A DNA stretch of 63,148 bases, the filler included, from Chiloscyllium plagiosum (lineage: Eukaryota), in the NCBI RefSeq assembly GCF_004010195.1. It is 6 parts of one record of this genome, joined end to end, with 100 filler letters (N's around TTAATTAATTAA, not from the genome) between each part and the next. Parts side by side here need not be neighbours in the genome. Positions count along the whole stretch, not along the records: positions 41,879 to 51,547 come from NC_057714.1; positions 51,648 to 58,527 come from NC_057714.1; positions 58,628 to 63,148 come from NC_057714.1; 3 more parts are not named here. One strand, 5' to 3'. This document shows, piece after piece, positions 49,448-63,148 of this stretch. Position 1 is the first letter of the stretch. Each line of letters opens with the position of its first letter. Below the pieces are notes generated by a model. The model worked only from the letters and a program-made list of their open reading frames with translations, was not told the origin of the DNA and made no database searches. The position numbers and the translations under genes are program-made.

Positions 49448-50744
49448 CTGCAGGACAAACAAAACATTCATCACTCAGAACAGGGAATGGTGCCGTTGGC
49501 ATATCATAGCTGCTCTCTCAGGTAGACAGACAATTGGTGGCAGCTTAACCTGAAGGCCACCATGCCATAGGAGAGGGGACAGCCCTTCATAGTAACCTCA
49601 ACCGCTGTGCGAATTGAACTCATGCTGTTGGTATCAGTCAGCATTACAAACCAGCCATCCAGCTTGATGAGCTAAATCTGTTCCTCATAACTATTAGAGA
49701 CTCCGACATAGACAGCAGATACCCACGAGACTCTGGGGCAGAAAGCAGGAACACCTCAAGACACTCATACTGGAGATACCCCCTCACACAGGGAGCAGAT
49801 ACCCACCATGGATCTATGGAATTCTCTGCCCAAGGAAGCAGTAGAGGCAGCTTCATTCATATATTCCCCTCCCAGTTGGGTGGGTTTTTGTATGGTAGGG
49901 GCATTCAGGGTTATGGGGATAATGCAGGTAGGAGGAGCTGAGATGGTGGATATGTCAGCCATGATCTTAATGAATAGCAGAGCAGGCTCAAAGGGCCAAA
50001 CGGCCTACTCCTGCCTCTATTACTATGAAACTATGAATAAGGACAGGGTGGTAGATTCAGAAATCCTCAAATGACATTTGCAAAGTACTTGGATTTGCGT
50101 TTGAAACGCCATAACCACCAGTGCTAAGTCCAATACCAAGAAATGCATTCAGACTGAATGGCTAGTTTTCATAGAGTCATCCAGCACGGAACGTGACCTT
50201 TAAGCTGGTACCCAGTCCATACTGACCATAACCCATCTGAACTAGTCCCAACTACCTGCACCCGGCCCATATCCTTCCAAAACTTTCCTATTCATGAACT
50301 TATCCAAATGTCTTTTAAACGTTGTCATTGTTCCTGCATCCACCACTTCCTCTGGCAGTTCATTCCACACACGAACAACAAAAAGTTGTCTCTCATGCCC
50401 TTTTTAAAATCTTTTTCATCTCACCTTTAAAATATGCTCCCTAGTCTTGAAATCCCCAATCCTAGGGAAAAGACACCTGCCGTTCACACTATCTATAGCC
50501 CTCATGATTTTATAAACCTTTGAGGTCACCAGTATGGACCCACTGGACTGAATGGCCTCATGCCCTCTATTCTAGGGGGAGAAGTAGTGGTCACAGTTTC
50601 AAGGCTGTCAGCAGGACAGAGAGGAGTGAGATGAGGAGAAACAGCTTGACTCAGTGTGGTTCGGATTTGGAATGTGCTGCCTGGGAGAGTGGTGGAGGTG
50701 GATCTCCACAGAAAAAGAGAGTTGGGTATATAGAGGTGGGACCT

Positions 50745-51547
50745 CTATAAACAGGATGGTCTACACCTGAACCTGAGGGACACCAGTATCCTTGGCAGGA
50801 GGTTTGCTAGTGCTCTTGGGGGGAGGGGGGTTTAAACTAACTCTGCAGGGGCATGGGAACCTAGACTGTAGCTTTAGGGTGCAGCACCTGGAGTGTAGGG
50901 AGGTTAGGAACATGGCATCAATCTCAAAGGAGGGTGCCTGTAAACAGGAAAGTGGCTTGAAGTGTGTATACTTCAATGCAAGAAGTATACGAAATAAGGT
51001 AGGTGAACTTGCAACGTGGGTTGGTACCTGGGACTTCGATGTTGTGGCTATTACGGAGACATGGGTAGAACAGGGACAGGATTGGCTGTTACAGGTTCCA
51101 GGGTTTAAATGTTTTAGTAGCGTCGGAGGTGGGGGTAAAAGAGGGGGTAGTGTGGCATTGCTTGTCAAAGATAGTATTACAGCGGTGGAAAGGACGATGG
51201 ATGAAGACTCGCCATCTGAGATAGTTTGGGCTGAGGTTAGGAATAGGAAAGGTGAGGTCACCCTGTTAGGAGTCTTTTACAGGCCCCCTAATAGTCCTAG
51301 AATCATTGAAGAAAGGATAGGGAAGGTGATTCAGGAGATGAGTGACAGTAATAGGGTGGTTGTTATGGGGGACTTTAACTTTCCTGATATTGATTGGGAA
51401 AGCTATAGCTCAAGTTCGTTAGATGGGTCAGTGTTTGTTCAATGTGTGCAGGAGAGTTTCCTGACACAATATGTAGACAGGCCAACAAGAGGTGAGGCCA
51501 TACTGGATTTGGTTCTGGGTAACGAACCAGGCCAGGTATTAGAATTA
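50745..51547 (+). mobile_element. Young CR1 ORF2 APE-endonuclease domain, open until the gap
   Basis: YFNARSIRNK...VAITETW...GGSVAL...VMGDFNFP...PTRGEAILDLVLGN without stops. Confidence 0.92.
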
Positions 51548-51649
51548 NNNNNNNNNNNNNNNNNNNNNNNNNNNNNNNNNNNNNNNNNNNNTTAATTAAT
51601 TAANNNNNNNNNNNNNNNNNNNNNNNNNNNNNNNNNNNNNNNNNNNNTG

Positions 51650-54600
51650 TTGTTGAGGTGTAACATCCCCACCTCACGTTTACACTCTAAGCCCCTAATT
51701 ATAAACCCAAGAATCCTATAAGCCTTCTTGAAGATTGTTCCAACTTGCCAGGCCACTTTCAGAGAACCATGCCCCTGAACCCCGAGGTGTCTCTGCTCCT
51801 GTCCTCCCTCAGAGTTGTCCCATTGAGTCGGTATTGTCTCTCTATGTTCCTTCTCCCAAAATGCATCACCTCACATTTCCCTGCTTTGAAATGCATTTGC
51901 CAGGTGTCTGTCCATTTGGCCAATTGTTCAATGTCCCTCTGGAGTCTCTCTGCACCATCCTCACAATTCCCTATTCTCCCTGGCTTAGTACCCTCTCCAA
52001 ATATAGAGATTTTACCCTCAACACTCAGCCCTAAAATTATTTATATAAACCAGAAAAACCAAGGTTCCCAACACAGAACCCTGGGGAACACCATTTTCAA
52101 CTGGCCTCCAATCTGAGAAATGCCCATCTATACCCACCCTCTGTTCCTTATCTGTTAGGCACCTTCTAATCCACGTTGCAGAGATCCCATTAATCCCAAA
52201 CATTTCTCATTTGTTAACCAACCTACCATGTGGCACTGTGTCAAGTCCTATCTGAAAATTCAAATATACAACATTCACAGCAGAACCCTCATCAAAAAGC
52301 TCAACTCAATTTGTCAGACATGACCTGCCGTTGACAAAGCCAAGTTGACTGTCTAGTTACAAGTTCTATTTCTCTGAGTGTATATTTACCATAAACCAGA
52401 TCAAGGCTTCCATCCGTTTCCCCACTATTGATGTCACACTGACAGGACTGTATATTCCTTTCACATTTTCTTAAATAATGGCAATCCCTCAGGACTAATT
52501 CTGTGATCAGAGGGGCTTGGAAAATTCCTGTTAATGACTCCACAATTTGCTCTCTCATCCCTCTGATCATCCTAGGATGGAACCCATCTGGGCAGGCCCT
52601 TCTTCCGCTTGGAATGCTGCTACCCTTTTTAGCACCTCTTCTTTATCAATCAATGTTTTGAACTGGGCCACTGTTACCATTTTCTAATTTGGTAAAGACA
52701 GCTGCCAAATATTTATATCTTATTCTTTGCTTTAGTGAGCAGCTTGTCCTGTTTGTTCCTTACGGGCCCCACTCTATCCTTCACTAATCCCACTATGAGT
52801 ATGTTTGATGAACATTTTACTAACTGCTCCCATGTAGCTGGCCATCCTTTCCTCATGCTTCCTCATTCCTTATTGCAGCCTTGGCTCTCTCCTCCACTTC
52901 CTGATTTCTAACGCTGGTATTATTCACAGAGGGTGGCGCAGCTGCCAGAGGAAGTGGTAGAGACAAGTCCAATTACAATGTTTAAAAGACACTTGGACAG
53001 GTACATGGATAGGAAAGGGTTAGAGGGACGTGGGCCAAATGCAGGCAAATGGGACTGGCTCAGTTTTCCACGGTAGACAGAGTGGTCTATTTCTGCACAG
53101 TATGACTCTACATGCCTCCTTTAGCTTCTATTTTTTCTCATTAATATCATTAGCAATCCAGCTATCTCTGTCTTTGGATATCCCATACTTATTTCTCATA
53201 GGCATGAGTGTTAACTATACTCATCTCAGCCATCATTATTGTATTGCCTTTGTTACATATCCTCATTACCTCCAAAATTACAGCTGCTTTTAGGGAGCCA
53301 TCAGCCTATTCTGTCCAGTGTCTGCTCCTTGTTATTTTATTCATCAACACACATGGATTCTACAAATGCGGAATGGCCTCCTCCTATTGCCTGTGGGGAG
53401 ATCGAAGTGGGCAAGAGACTGCATGATGTGCTGCCTCAGCCATGATCCCTCATTCAGTATGTACATGATGGAAACAAGAAATTCCTCCTGCCTGACACTA
53501 CCATTGCTAGTTGCAGAACAGAGTCATTAGCCACACCTCATTAAGTCGGGCAGAAAGGAATCATCAGCTCTCCAGACAGCAGGCTGGTTGCCTGGTAAAT
53601 TGCGTTTTGAAGTTCTCGATCAGGGGGAATGTGAAAGATCTATTTCCAGCTCCAGGACACGCACTTCAGGAAATTAAGCAGAGCCAACTGTGCCAGACAG
53701 GGGCTAGCTGGGTACAATACATAATGAAGTAGTGAGCAGCACTGTCTGAACAGTGCACACAGCCTTCACCTCATTCCTAATGGTACAACAGTCAGCCACA
53801 GTCTGTCCAATGGGAAGGACAGAGGAGAGCAATCAGAGGCTGCAGACTGGGGTCAGAGGCTGCAGGGTAATTCAAACCCCGATGGGGTCATTAGAGCTCA
53901 GATCACACACTCACAGGAGAGAGGTGGTTCCTTCNNNNNNNNNNNNNNNNNNNNNNNNNNNNNNNNNNNNNNNNNNNNNNNNNNNNNNNNNNNNNNNNNN
54001 NNNNNNNNNNNNNNNNNNNNNNNNNNNNNNNNNNNNNNNNNNNNNNNNNNNNNNNNNNNNNNNNNNNNNNNNNNNNNNNNNNNNNNNNNNNNNNNNNNNN
54101 NNNNNNNNNNNNNNNNNNNNNNNNNNNNNNNNNNNNNNNNNNNNNNNNNNNNNNNNNNNNNNNNNNNNNNNNNNNNNNNNNNNNNGAGGTGACAGTGTGG
54201 CTGGGTTCCCATCCCTCGGGGGGAGGGGTGGGGGGTGACAGTGGGGCTGGGTTCCTGCCCCTCGGGGTGGGGGGGTGACAGTGGGGCTCAGTTCCTGTCC
54301 CTCGGGGGGAGGGTTTGACACTGGGGGAAGTGTACACTGGTCTGTGGTTGTGATGTGGTAAGGTGGGCTGTGATTAGGGTTTGAGGGTGTTTTTGTGGAG
54401 AGAAGCTGCCACGCACCATCCCCGATGTAGACACACCAATCCTGCACATCAGTAACTGATTTCCATCCCAGTAGTCACTCATTGTTCTCACTAAGCCGTT
54501 TGGAGTACTTCACTATCACGTCAACTACTGCATCTATGCGCGCGCACGCACACACCCACACCGTCTAGCTTGGAAACAGACTGCTGAGAGACATTTCACT

Positions 54601-56291
54601 CCCAAATTCTCATTCTAAAGCATGAATTTCCAATGCAAATTCAAATGGCAGTAAGAAAAGCAACCATTGTCCCAGTGCGATCTCCTGGTGCCAGCTCAGT
54701 CAGACAGAGTGAAAAGGGGAGCCTAATGATTGGAGAGCTGCTCACTACCTACCACAGCCACTGGGGCTGGGGTCTGCCTTTCCAAACATTAGACTGGGAC
54801 TAGGGAGGCCAGTCAGCACAATCAGCTGCTGGCTTAAGCTGAAACCCAGTTTATTCACAATAACGACCAGACATCTCTTCCCAAACACCCCACACATGAA
54901 AGGTCACTGTCACTCTGCTTAGGCAGGCCTGGCGAAGCAAGGTACAAGAACAGCATAAGCCCACAGACAGCGGTTTCTAGGTGATGGTTTCAGTTGACAC
55001 TGGTTATATTTTCCCTTCCACACAGTCTATTCGTAATGCTATCTCCCCACCCTGAACCGTGTCCATTATCTAATCTTCAATGTTGGCAGTGTTTCTGCGT
55101 CAATCACTAGCTGACATCAAATTCCACACCCTGAACACTGAAGAACTCTGGCCAGCCCCCTGTCCAAAAGCGGAATATTTAATCCAGTATCAATAGCTCT
55201 GCCCTCTCAACTTCCCCAATTCTGGAAGCTATCAGCGTGTTGGAAAATGAAACTGGAAATCACAGATTCCAAGAGTAGAGAAGAGAGTCAACTGCCCATC
55301 AAGTCTCCAATCGAACTAGATCAATGATATGATATTTCAAGTGCTTGACCACATATGTTTTAAAGATTGTGAAGCTTCCCATCTCAACTCTCATCCAAAG
55401 CAGTGCTTTCAAGACCCCCACCACCCTCTGGTGAAAAAAACCTTTTCCTTAAATCCCCTACCTTTCACTTTATAATTATGCCCCCTTGTTATTGACCCTT
55501 CAACTAAGGAGAACAACTGCTTCCTATCTATCCTGTCCATGCTTCTAATAATCTTGTACACTCTACAAGGTCCCCCCTCAGCTTCTCTGCCCCAAAGAAA
55601 ACAACTTGAGCTTATCTAGCCTATCACTGAAATGCTCCATTCCAGGGGACATCCGGATGAATCTCTATTGCATCCCCTCCAGAGCAATCACACCCTTCCA
55701 CAGAGCAGAGAGCAGAGATCACAATGCACACAGTACTCCAGCTGTTATCCAACCAAAGCCCGATACAGCATCAACATAACCTCCCTGCTCTTATAACCTG
55801 TGCAATGATTGACAAAGGTAAGGGCAGGTGGGACGAGATCTAGAGTAATGAGAGCAGTTTTGGCCCCTTACTGAAAGGGAAGATATTAATTCATGCAAGG
55901 CAGTTCAGAGAAGATGCACTTGGATTATGAACAAAGGTTAGACAGGTTAGGTATCCACTCACTAGAGTTTAGAAGAACGAGAGCTGGTTTGAAGGGGACA
56001 TGGAGAGTCCTTGAGGGGCTTGATAGGTTAATGCTGAAAGGATGTTGCTCCTCATGGGAGAGTTTAGGACCAGAGGGCATAGTCTCAGAATAAAGGGCCA
56101 CCAATTCAAGACTGAGATGTGTTGATGGATTTCATTAGAGTGTCATTAAAAAAAAGTGGCTGGTGAACGAGCCAATACAAACATTTTAATTTTGCAAAAT
56201 TCCCTGGACTCAAGGAAGGTTCCAATAAATTCGAAGATAGTGAATGTCAACTCCTTTATTCCAGAGAGAGAGAAATGTCAACTCCTTTATT

Positions 56292-56341
<50 letters not shown>

Positions 56342-58527
56342 TGCATCCTCAACAGGAAAATATTAGACACTATTATTAAAGACATGGTAAGAGGGCACCA
56401 AGTTCAAGTTGATCAGGCAGAATCAACACGGTTTAGTGAAAGGGAAATCATGTTTCACCAGTTTATTGGAGTTCCATGAATTAGTAACAAGTAGATAAAG
56501 GGAAGGGGGTGGATGTACTGTATCTAAATTTCAAGAAGTATTTAATAAGACCATAAGACAGAGGAGCAGAAATTAGGCCATTCAACCCATCGAGTCTGCT
56601 CCGCTATTCAATCATGGCTGTTAGGTTTCTCAACCCCATTTCCCCCATAACCCTTGATATTCAGGAACCTACCTATCTCAGTACACTCAACAACCTGGCC
56701 TCCCCAGCCCTTGTGGCAGTGAATTCCATAGACTCCCCACTCTCTGGCTGAAGATAGAACATAGAACATAGAAGAATACAGCGCAGTACAGGCCCTTTGG
56801 CCCTCGATGTTGCGCCGATCCAAGCCCACCTAACCTATACTAACCCACTATCCTCCATATACCTATCCAATGCCCGCTTAAATGCCCATAAAGAGGGAGA
56901 GTCCACCACTGCTGCTGGCAGGGCATTCCATGAACTTACGACTCGCTGAGTGAAGAACCTACCCCTAACTTCAGTCCTATATCTACCCCCCCTTAATTTA
57001 AAGCTATGCCCCCTTGTAATACCCGACTCCATACGCGGATGTTTCTCCTTATCTCCGTTCTAAAAGGTCTTCCCTTTACTCTGAGGCTGTGCCCTTGGGT
57101 CCTAGTCTCTCCTCCCAATGGAAATATCTTCCCAACATCTACTCTGTCCAGGCCATTCAGTGTTCTGTATATTTCAACTAGATTGTAGGCGGCACAGTGG
57201 TTAGCACTGCTACCTCACAGCACCAGAGACCTGGGTTCAATTCCCGCCTCAGGTGACTTGACTGTGTGGAGTTTGCACATTCTCCCTGTGTCTGCGTGGG
57301 TTTCCTCCGGGTGCTCCAGATTCCTCCCACAGTCCAAAGATGTGCGGGTCAGGTGAATTGGCCATGCTAAATTGCCCGTAACGTTAGGTAAGGTGTAAAT
57401 GTAGGGGTATAGGTGGGTTGCGCTTCGGTGGGTCGGTGTGGACTTGTTGGGCTGAAGGGCCTGTTTCCACACTGCAATGTAAGCTAATCTAAAAAAAGAT
57501 TCCCCCTCATCCTTCTAAACTCTATCGAATATCAACAAGAATCCTCAAACTTTCCTCGTATGTTAAGCTTTTCATTCCTGGGACCATTCCCGTGAACGTT
57601 CTCTGAAAAAACTCCAGCACCAGTACAGCCTTCCTGAGATATGGGGCCCAAAACTGCACACAATCCTCCAAATGTGGTCTGACCAGAGCCTTATAGAGCC
57701 TCAGAAATACATCCCTGCTTTAATATTCAAGTCGCCTCAAAATAAATGCCATCATTGCATTTGCCTTCCTATCTACTAACTCAACCCGCAAGTTTACCTT
57801 GAGAGAATCCTGGACTAGAACTCCCAAGCCTCTTTGCACTTCAGATTTCTGAATTTCCTCCCCATTTAGAAAATAGTCCACGCCTCCATTCTTCCGACCA
57901 AAGTGCATCACCTCACACATTCCCACGTTGTACTCCATCTGCCACTTCTTTGCCCACTCTCCTATCCTGTCCAAATCCTTCTGCAGCCTCCCCACCTCCT
58001 CAATGCTACCTGTCCCTCTACCTACCTTTGTATTGTCTGCAAACGTGGCCAGCATGCCCTCAGTTCCTTCATCTTGATCGTTATTGTGTAAAGTGAAAGG
58101 TTGTGGTCCCAACACTGAGCCTTGTGGAACACCACTTGTCACCGGCTGCCATCCTGAGAAGGACCCTTTTATCCCAGTCTCTGTTTTCTGCCCGACAGCC
58201 CAGCTTCTATCTGTGCTAGCACCTTGCCCCTAACACCATGGGCACTTAGCTTACTCAGTCGCGTCCTGTGCGACACCTTGTCGAAGGTTTCCTGAAGTCC
58301 AGGTAGATAACATCCATTAGCTCTCCTTGGTCTAACCTGCTCATTACTTCCTCAAAGAATTCTAGCAGATCTGTCAGGTGTGACCCCCCCTTGATGAAAC
58401 AATGCGGACTTTGCCGTATTTTACCGTACATTTCCAAGTATTCAGAAATCCTCTTCCTCACAATGAATTCCAGGATCTTACCCATGATAAAGGTTAGGCT
58501 AATCGGTCTGTAATTTTCTATCTTTTG
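51650..58527. mobile_element. CR1 remnants (51650-52650, 52925-53110, 55300-58527) flanking unique intronic DNA
   Basis: [26 protein letters not shown] and CR1 tails. Confidence 0.7.
57188..57497 (+). mobile_element. HE1-type V-SINE inserted in a CR1 remnant
   Basis: Same motifs; flanked by short agatt repeats. Confidence 0.85.
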
Positions 58528-58627
58528 NNNNNNNNNNNNNNNNNNNNNNNNNNNNNNNNNNNNNNNNNNNNTTAATTAATTAANNNNNNNNNNNNNNNNN
58601 NNNNNNNNNNNNNNNNNNNNNNNNNNN

Positions 58628-59575
58628 ATTGAGTACAGAAGCAAAGAGGTGCTTGTGCAGCTGTACAGGGCCCTGGTGAGACCACACCTGGAGTATTGTG
58701 TGCAGTTCTGGTCTCCAAATTTGAGGAAAGACATTCTGGCTATTGAGGGAGTGCAGCGTAGGTTCACGAGGTCAATTCCTGGAATGGCGGGACTACCTTA
58801 CGCTGAAAGACTGGAACGACTGGGCTTGTATACCCTTAAGTTTAGAAGACTGAGAGGGGATCTGATTAAGACATATAAGATTATTAAAGGATTGGACACT
58901 CTGGAGACAGAAAACATGGTGAGTGATGGTGAGTGCCAAAGCAGAGGACACAGCTTAAAAATACGGGGTAGACCATTTAGGACAGAAATGAGGAGAAACT
59001 TCTTCACCCAGAGAGTGGTGGCTGTGTGGAATGCTCTGCCCCAGAGGGCAGTGGAGGCCCAGTCTCTGGATTCATATAAGAAAGAGTTGGATAGAGCTCT
59101 CAAGGATAGTGGAATCAAGGGTTATGGAGATAAGGCAGGAACAGGATACTGATTAAGGATGATCAGCCATGACCATATTGAATGGTGGTGCAGGCTCGAA
59201 GGACAGAATGGCCTACTCCTGCACCTATTGTCTATTGTCTATAGATAACAATAGTAATTGATCCAGCACAGACCCTTGAGGCACTCCACTAGTCACAGGC
59301 CTCTAGTCTGAATATCATGCTTCCACTATTACCCTCTACTTCCCACCATCAAACCAATTGTGTATCCAATTTGCCAACTCCCCCTGGATTCCATGTAATC
59401 TAACCTTTCAGAGCAGCATACCATATGGAACCTTATCAAAGGCCTTCCTGAATCCATATAGATTACATCTACTGCCCTGCTCTCGTCAACCTTCCTGGTC
59501 TCTTCATCAAAGAACTCTAATAAATTTATGAGGCATGATCTCCCATTCACAAAGCCATGCTGACTATTCTTAATC
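58628..59575. mobile_element. CR1 3' end (+, 58628-59240) and RT fragment (-, 59260-59575)
   Basis: ORF 58649-59152 and tail attgtctattgtcta. Confidence 0.85.
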
Positions 59576-59579
59576 AAAG

Positions 59580-62500
59580 GGAATAGCCATCGCATTGGAG
59601 GTTTTCTGCAGACCACCGAATAGCAGTGGAGAGATTGAAGATCTCAGAGGCGGGCAGATTCTGGAAAAATGCAGGTGAGGCAGGGTTGTTGTTGTGGGTG
59701 ATTTCAACTTTCCCAATATTGACTGGAACCTCCTAAGTGCAGATGGTTTGGATGGAGCCGTTTTTGTCAGGTGTATTCAGGAGGGTTTCTTTACTCAGTA
59801 CGTGGACAGACCGACGAGAGGAGAGGCTATTTTGGATTTGGTGCTCGGCAACGAGCCAGGACAGGTGTCAGATCTCGTGGTGGGAGAACACTTTGGTGAC
59901 AGTGATCACAACTGCCTCACATTTACCATAGCCTTGGAAAGTGAAAGGAGCAGTTCCCGAGGGAAGATATTTAATTGGGGAAAAGGAAATTATGACGCTT
60001 TGAGACTGGAGTTGGGAAGTACAGACTGGGAGCAATTGTTCCCCAGAAAGGGCACAGCAGACATGTGGAGACTATTTAAGGAGCAGTTGTTGCGAGTGAT
60101 GCATGAATTTGTTCCTCTGAGATAGGTAAGAAGGGGTAAAATTAAGGAACTTTGGATGATGAGAACAGTGGAGCTTCTCGTCAAAAGGAAGAAGGCAGCT
60201 TACATAAGGTGGAGGAAGCAAGGATCTAGCACAGCTTGAAAGGATTACAGGTTTGCTAGATAGGAGCTCAGAAATGGACGGAGGAGATCCAGGAGGAGGA
60301 ATGATAAAGGCTTGGCAAGAAGGATTAGGGAGAACCCAAAGGCATTTTACTCATATGTGAGGAATAAGAGAATGATCAGGGAGAAGGTAGGACTGATCAG
60401 GGATAGCGGAGGGAACTTGTGCATGGAGTCTGAGCAGATAGGGGAAGCCCTAAATGAGTTTTTTGCTTCGGTTTTCACCAAGGAAAGGGAACTTGTTGTA
60501 AATGAAAACTCAGAGGAGCTGGGATACAGGCTTGACCAGACCAAGATTTGCGAGGCATGATCTGCCCCTCACAAAGCCATGCCATGCCTCACAAACCTTA
60601 TCGAGTTCTTTGAGGATGTGACTAGAAAAGTTGACGAGGGTTGAGCTGTGGATGTGGTGTATATGGACTTCAGCGAGGCATTTGATAAGGTTCCCCATGG
60701 TTGGCTCATTCAGAAGGTCAGGAGGAATGGGATACAGGGGAACTTAACTGTCTGGATACAGAATTGGCTGGCCAACAGAAGACAGCGAATGGTATTAGAA
60801 GGAAAATATTCTGCCTGGAAGTCAGTGGTGAGTGGTGTTCCACAGGGCTCTGTCCTTGGGCCTCTACTGTTTGTAATTTTTATTAATGACTTGGATGAGG
60901 GGATTGAAGGATGGGTCAGCAAGTTTGCAGACCACACAAAGGTTGAAGGTCCCGTTGACAGTATAGAGGGCTGTTGTAGGCCGCAGCGGGACATTGACAG
61001 GTTGCAGAGATGGGCTGAGAGGTGGCAGATGGAGTTCAACCTGGATAAATGCGAGGTGATGCATTTTGGAAGGTCGAATTTGAAAGCTGAGTACAGGATT
61101 AAGGACAGGATTCTTGGCAGTGTGGAGGAACAGAGAGATCTTGGTGTGCAGGTACATAGATCCCTTAAAATTGCCACCCAAGTGGACAGGGTTGTTAAGA
61201 AAGCATATGGTGTTTTGGCTTTCATTAACAGGGGGATTGAGTTTAAGAGTCGTGAGATCTTGTTGCAGCTCTATAACACTTTGGTTAGACCTCACTTGGA
61301 ATACTGCGTCCAGTTCTGGTCACCCTATTATAGGAAAGATGTGGATGCTTTGGAGAGGATTCAGAGGAGGTTTACCAGGATGCTGCCTGGACTGGAGGGC
61401 TTATCTTACGAAGAGAGGTTGACTGAGCTCTGACTTTTTTCATTGGAGAAAAGGAGGAGGAGAGGGGACCTAATTGAGGTATACAAGATAATGAGAGGCA
61501 TAGATAGAGTCGATAACCAGAGACTATTTCCCAGGGCAGAAATGGCTAACACGAGTGGTCATAGTTTTAAGCTGGTTGGAGGAAAGTATAGAGGGGAGTC
61601 AGAGGCGGGTTCTTTACACAGAGAGTTGTGAAAGCATGGAATGCATTGCCAGCAGCAGTTGTGGAAGCAAAGTCTTTGGGGATATTTAAGAGACTGCTGG
61701 AAATGCATATGTCACAGAAATTTGAGGGTGCATACATGAGGATCAATGGTCGGCACAACATTGTGGGCTGAAGGGCCTGTTCTGTGCTGTACTGTTCTAT
61801 GTTCTATGTTCTAAGATTGATGAAGTTGACGTGCTGGAAATTTTGGAAAACATTAAGATTGATAAGTCCCCAGGGCCAGACCAGATTTATCCTCGGCTGC
61901 TCTGGGAAGCGAGAAAGGAGGTTGCTAAGCCGCTGGCGAGGATATTTGTCTCCTCACTCTCCACGGGAGTCGTACCAGAGGATTGGAAGGAGGCAAATGT
62001 TGTTCCTCTTTTCAAGAAGGGTAATAGGGAAATCGCTGGCAATTACAGACCAGTCAGTCTCACGTCTGTGGACAGCAAAGTTGTGGAAATAATTCTGAGG
62101 AATAGGATTTATGACTATTTGGCAAAGCATGATGTGATGAAAGACAGTCAGCATGGCTTTGTGAGGGGCAGGTCCTGCCTCACAAATCTAATTGAGTTCT
62201 TTGAGAAGATGTCAAGACAGGTCGACAACGGTCGAGCAGTGGATGTGGTGTATATGGATTTCAGCAAGACATTTGATAATGTTCTACATGTCACAAAGTA
62301 TGGGATACAGGGAGATTTGGCTGTCTGGATTCAGAATTGGTTGGCTGACAGAAGGCAGAGAGTGATTGTAGATGGAAAGTATTCTGTCTGGAGGTCAGTG
62401 TTGACTGGGGTCCCACAGGGCTCTGCTCTTGGGTCTCTGCTCTTTGTAGTTTTTATAAATGATTTGGATGAGGAGGTTGAGGGGTGGGTTAGTAAATTTG

Positions 62501-63148
62501 CAGATGACACAAAGGTTGGAGGTGTCGTTTGATAGTATCGAGGGCTACTGCAGGCTGCAGCGCGACATAGACAGGATGCAGAGCTGGGCTGAGAAATGGC
62601 AGATGGAGTTCAATCTGGATAAATGCAAAGTGATGCATTTTGGAAGGTCAAACTCGTTTGGTGAATATAGGATTAAAGACAGGATTCTTGGCATTGTGGA
62701 GGAACAGAGGAATCTGGGTGGGCGAGTACATAGATCCCTCAAAGTTGCCACCCAAGTGGATAGGGTTGTTAAGAAAGCATATGGAGTTTTGGCTTTCATT
62801 AACAGGGGGGTCGAGTTTAAGAGCCACGAGGATTTGCTGCAGTCCACACTTGGAGTTCTGGTCGCCCTACTGTAGGAAAGATACAGAGGCTTTGGAGAGG
62901 GTGCAAAGGAGGTTTACCAGGATGCTACCTGGACTGGAGGGCTTGCCTTATGAAGAGAGGTTGAATAAGCTCGGACCTTTCTCTCTGGAGAGAAGAAGGA
63001 AGAGACCTGATCGAGGTATACAAGACAATGAGAGGAATAAATAGAATCAATAGCCAGAGACTTTTCCCCAGGGCAGGATTGACTGGTACGAGAGTCATAG
63101 TTTGAAGATATTAGGAGGAAGGTATAAAGGAGACGTCAGAGGTAGGTT
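59580..63148 (+). mobile_element. Long CR1 ORF2 pseudogene with a nested CR1 insertion (60549-61812)
   Basis: Endonuclease 59694-60125, KAFYSYVRNKR, KSPGPDQIYPRLL...KFADD; in-frame stops and frameshifts. Confidence 0.9.

Noticed and set aside
53100..55300. Unique DNA searched for upstream Scribble LRR exons
   Set aside because: No convincing exon found by eye; one may lie in the 53935-54185 gap or outside the window.

Overview
Repeat-dense vertebrate genomic DNA, most likely from a shark (HE1/V-SINE copies, many CR1/HER1-type LINE fragments, Penelope-like elements). Almost all ORFs in the track are LINE fragments, low-complexity translations or runs of N. The host gene is a Scribble (SCRIB) homolog. 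Minus-strand exons were read manually: an LRR exon at 49384-49447, the post-PDZ4 exon at 38747-38866, exons at 24950-25006 and 24396-24476, and probable exons at 16795-16866 and 9993-10034. The apparent terminal exon (5869-6005, ending ...ESTVPT*) lies on the opposite strand, across an exact 500-N scaffolding gap. Five artificial N44-TTAATTAATTAA-N44 joins probably hide most other exons. The most striking hidden structure is a set of short palindromic elements carrying minimal hammerhead-ribozyme cores, a one-sided 30-45 nt tail and 13-15 bp target-site duplications (TSDs). They share this architecture with a coding Penelope-like (RT/GIY-YIG) element in the same window. Protein identifications rest on my recall of Scribble, CR1 and Penelope sequences; no database search was run.
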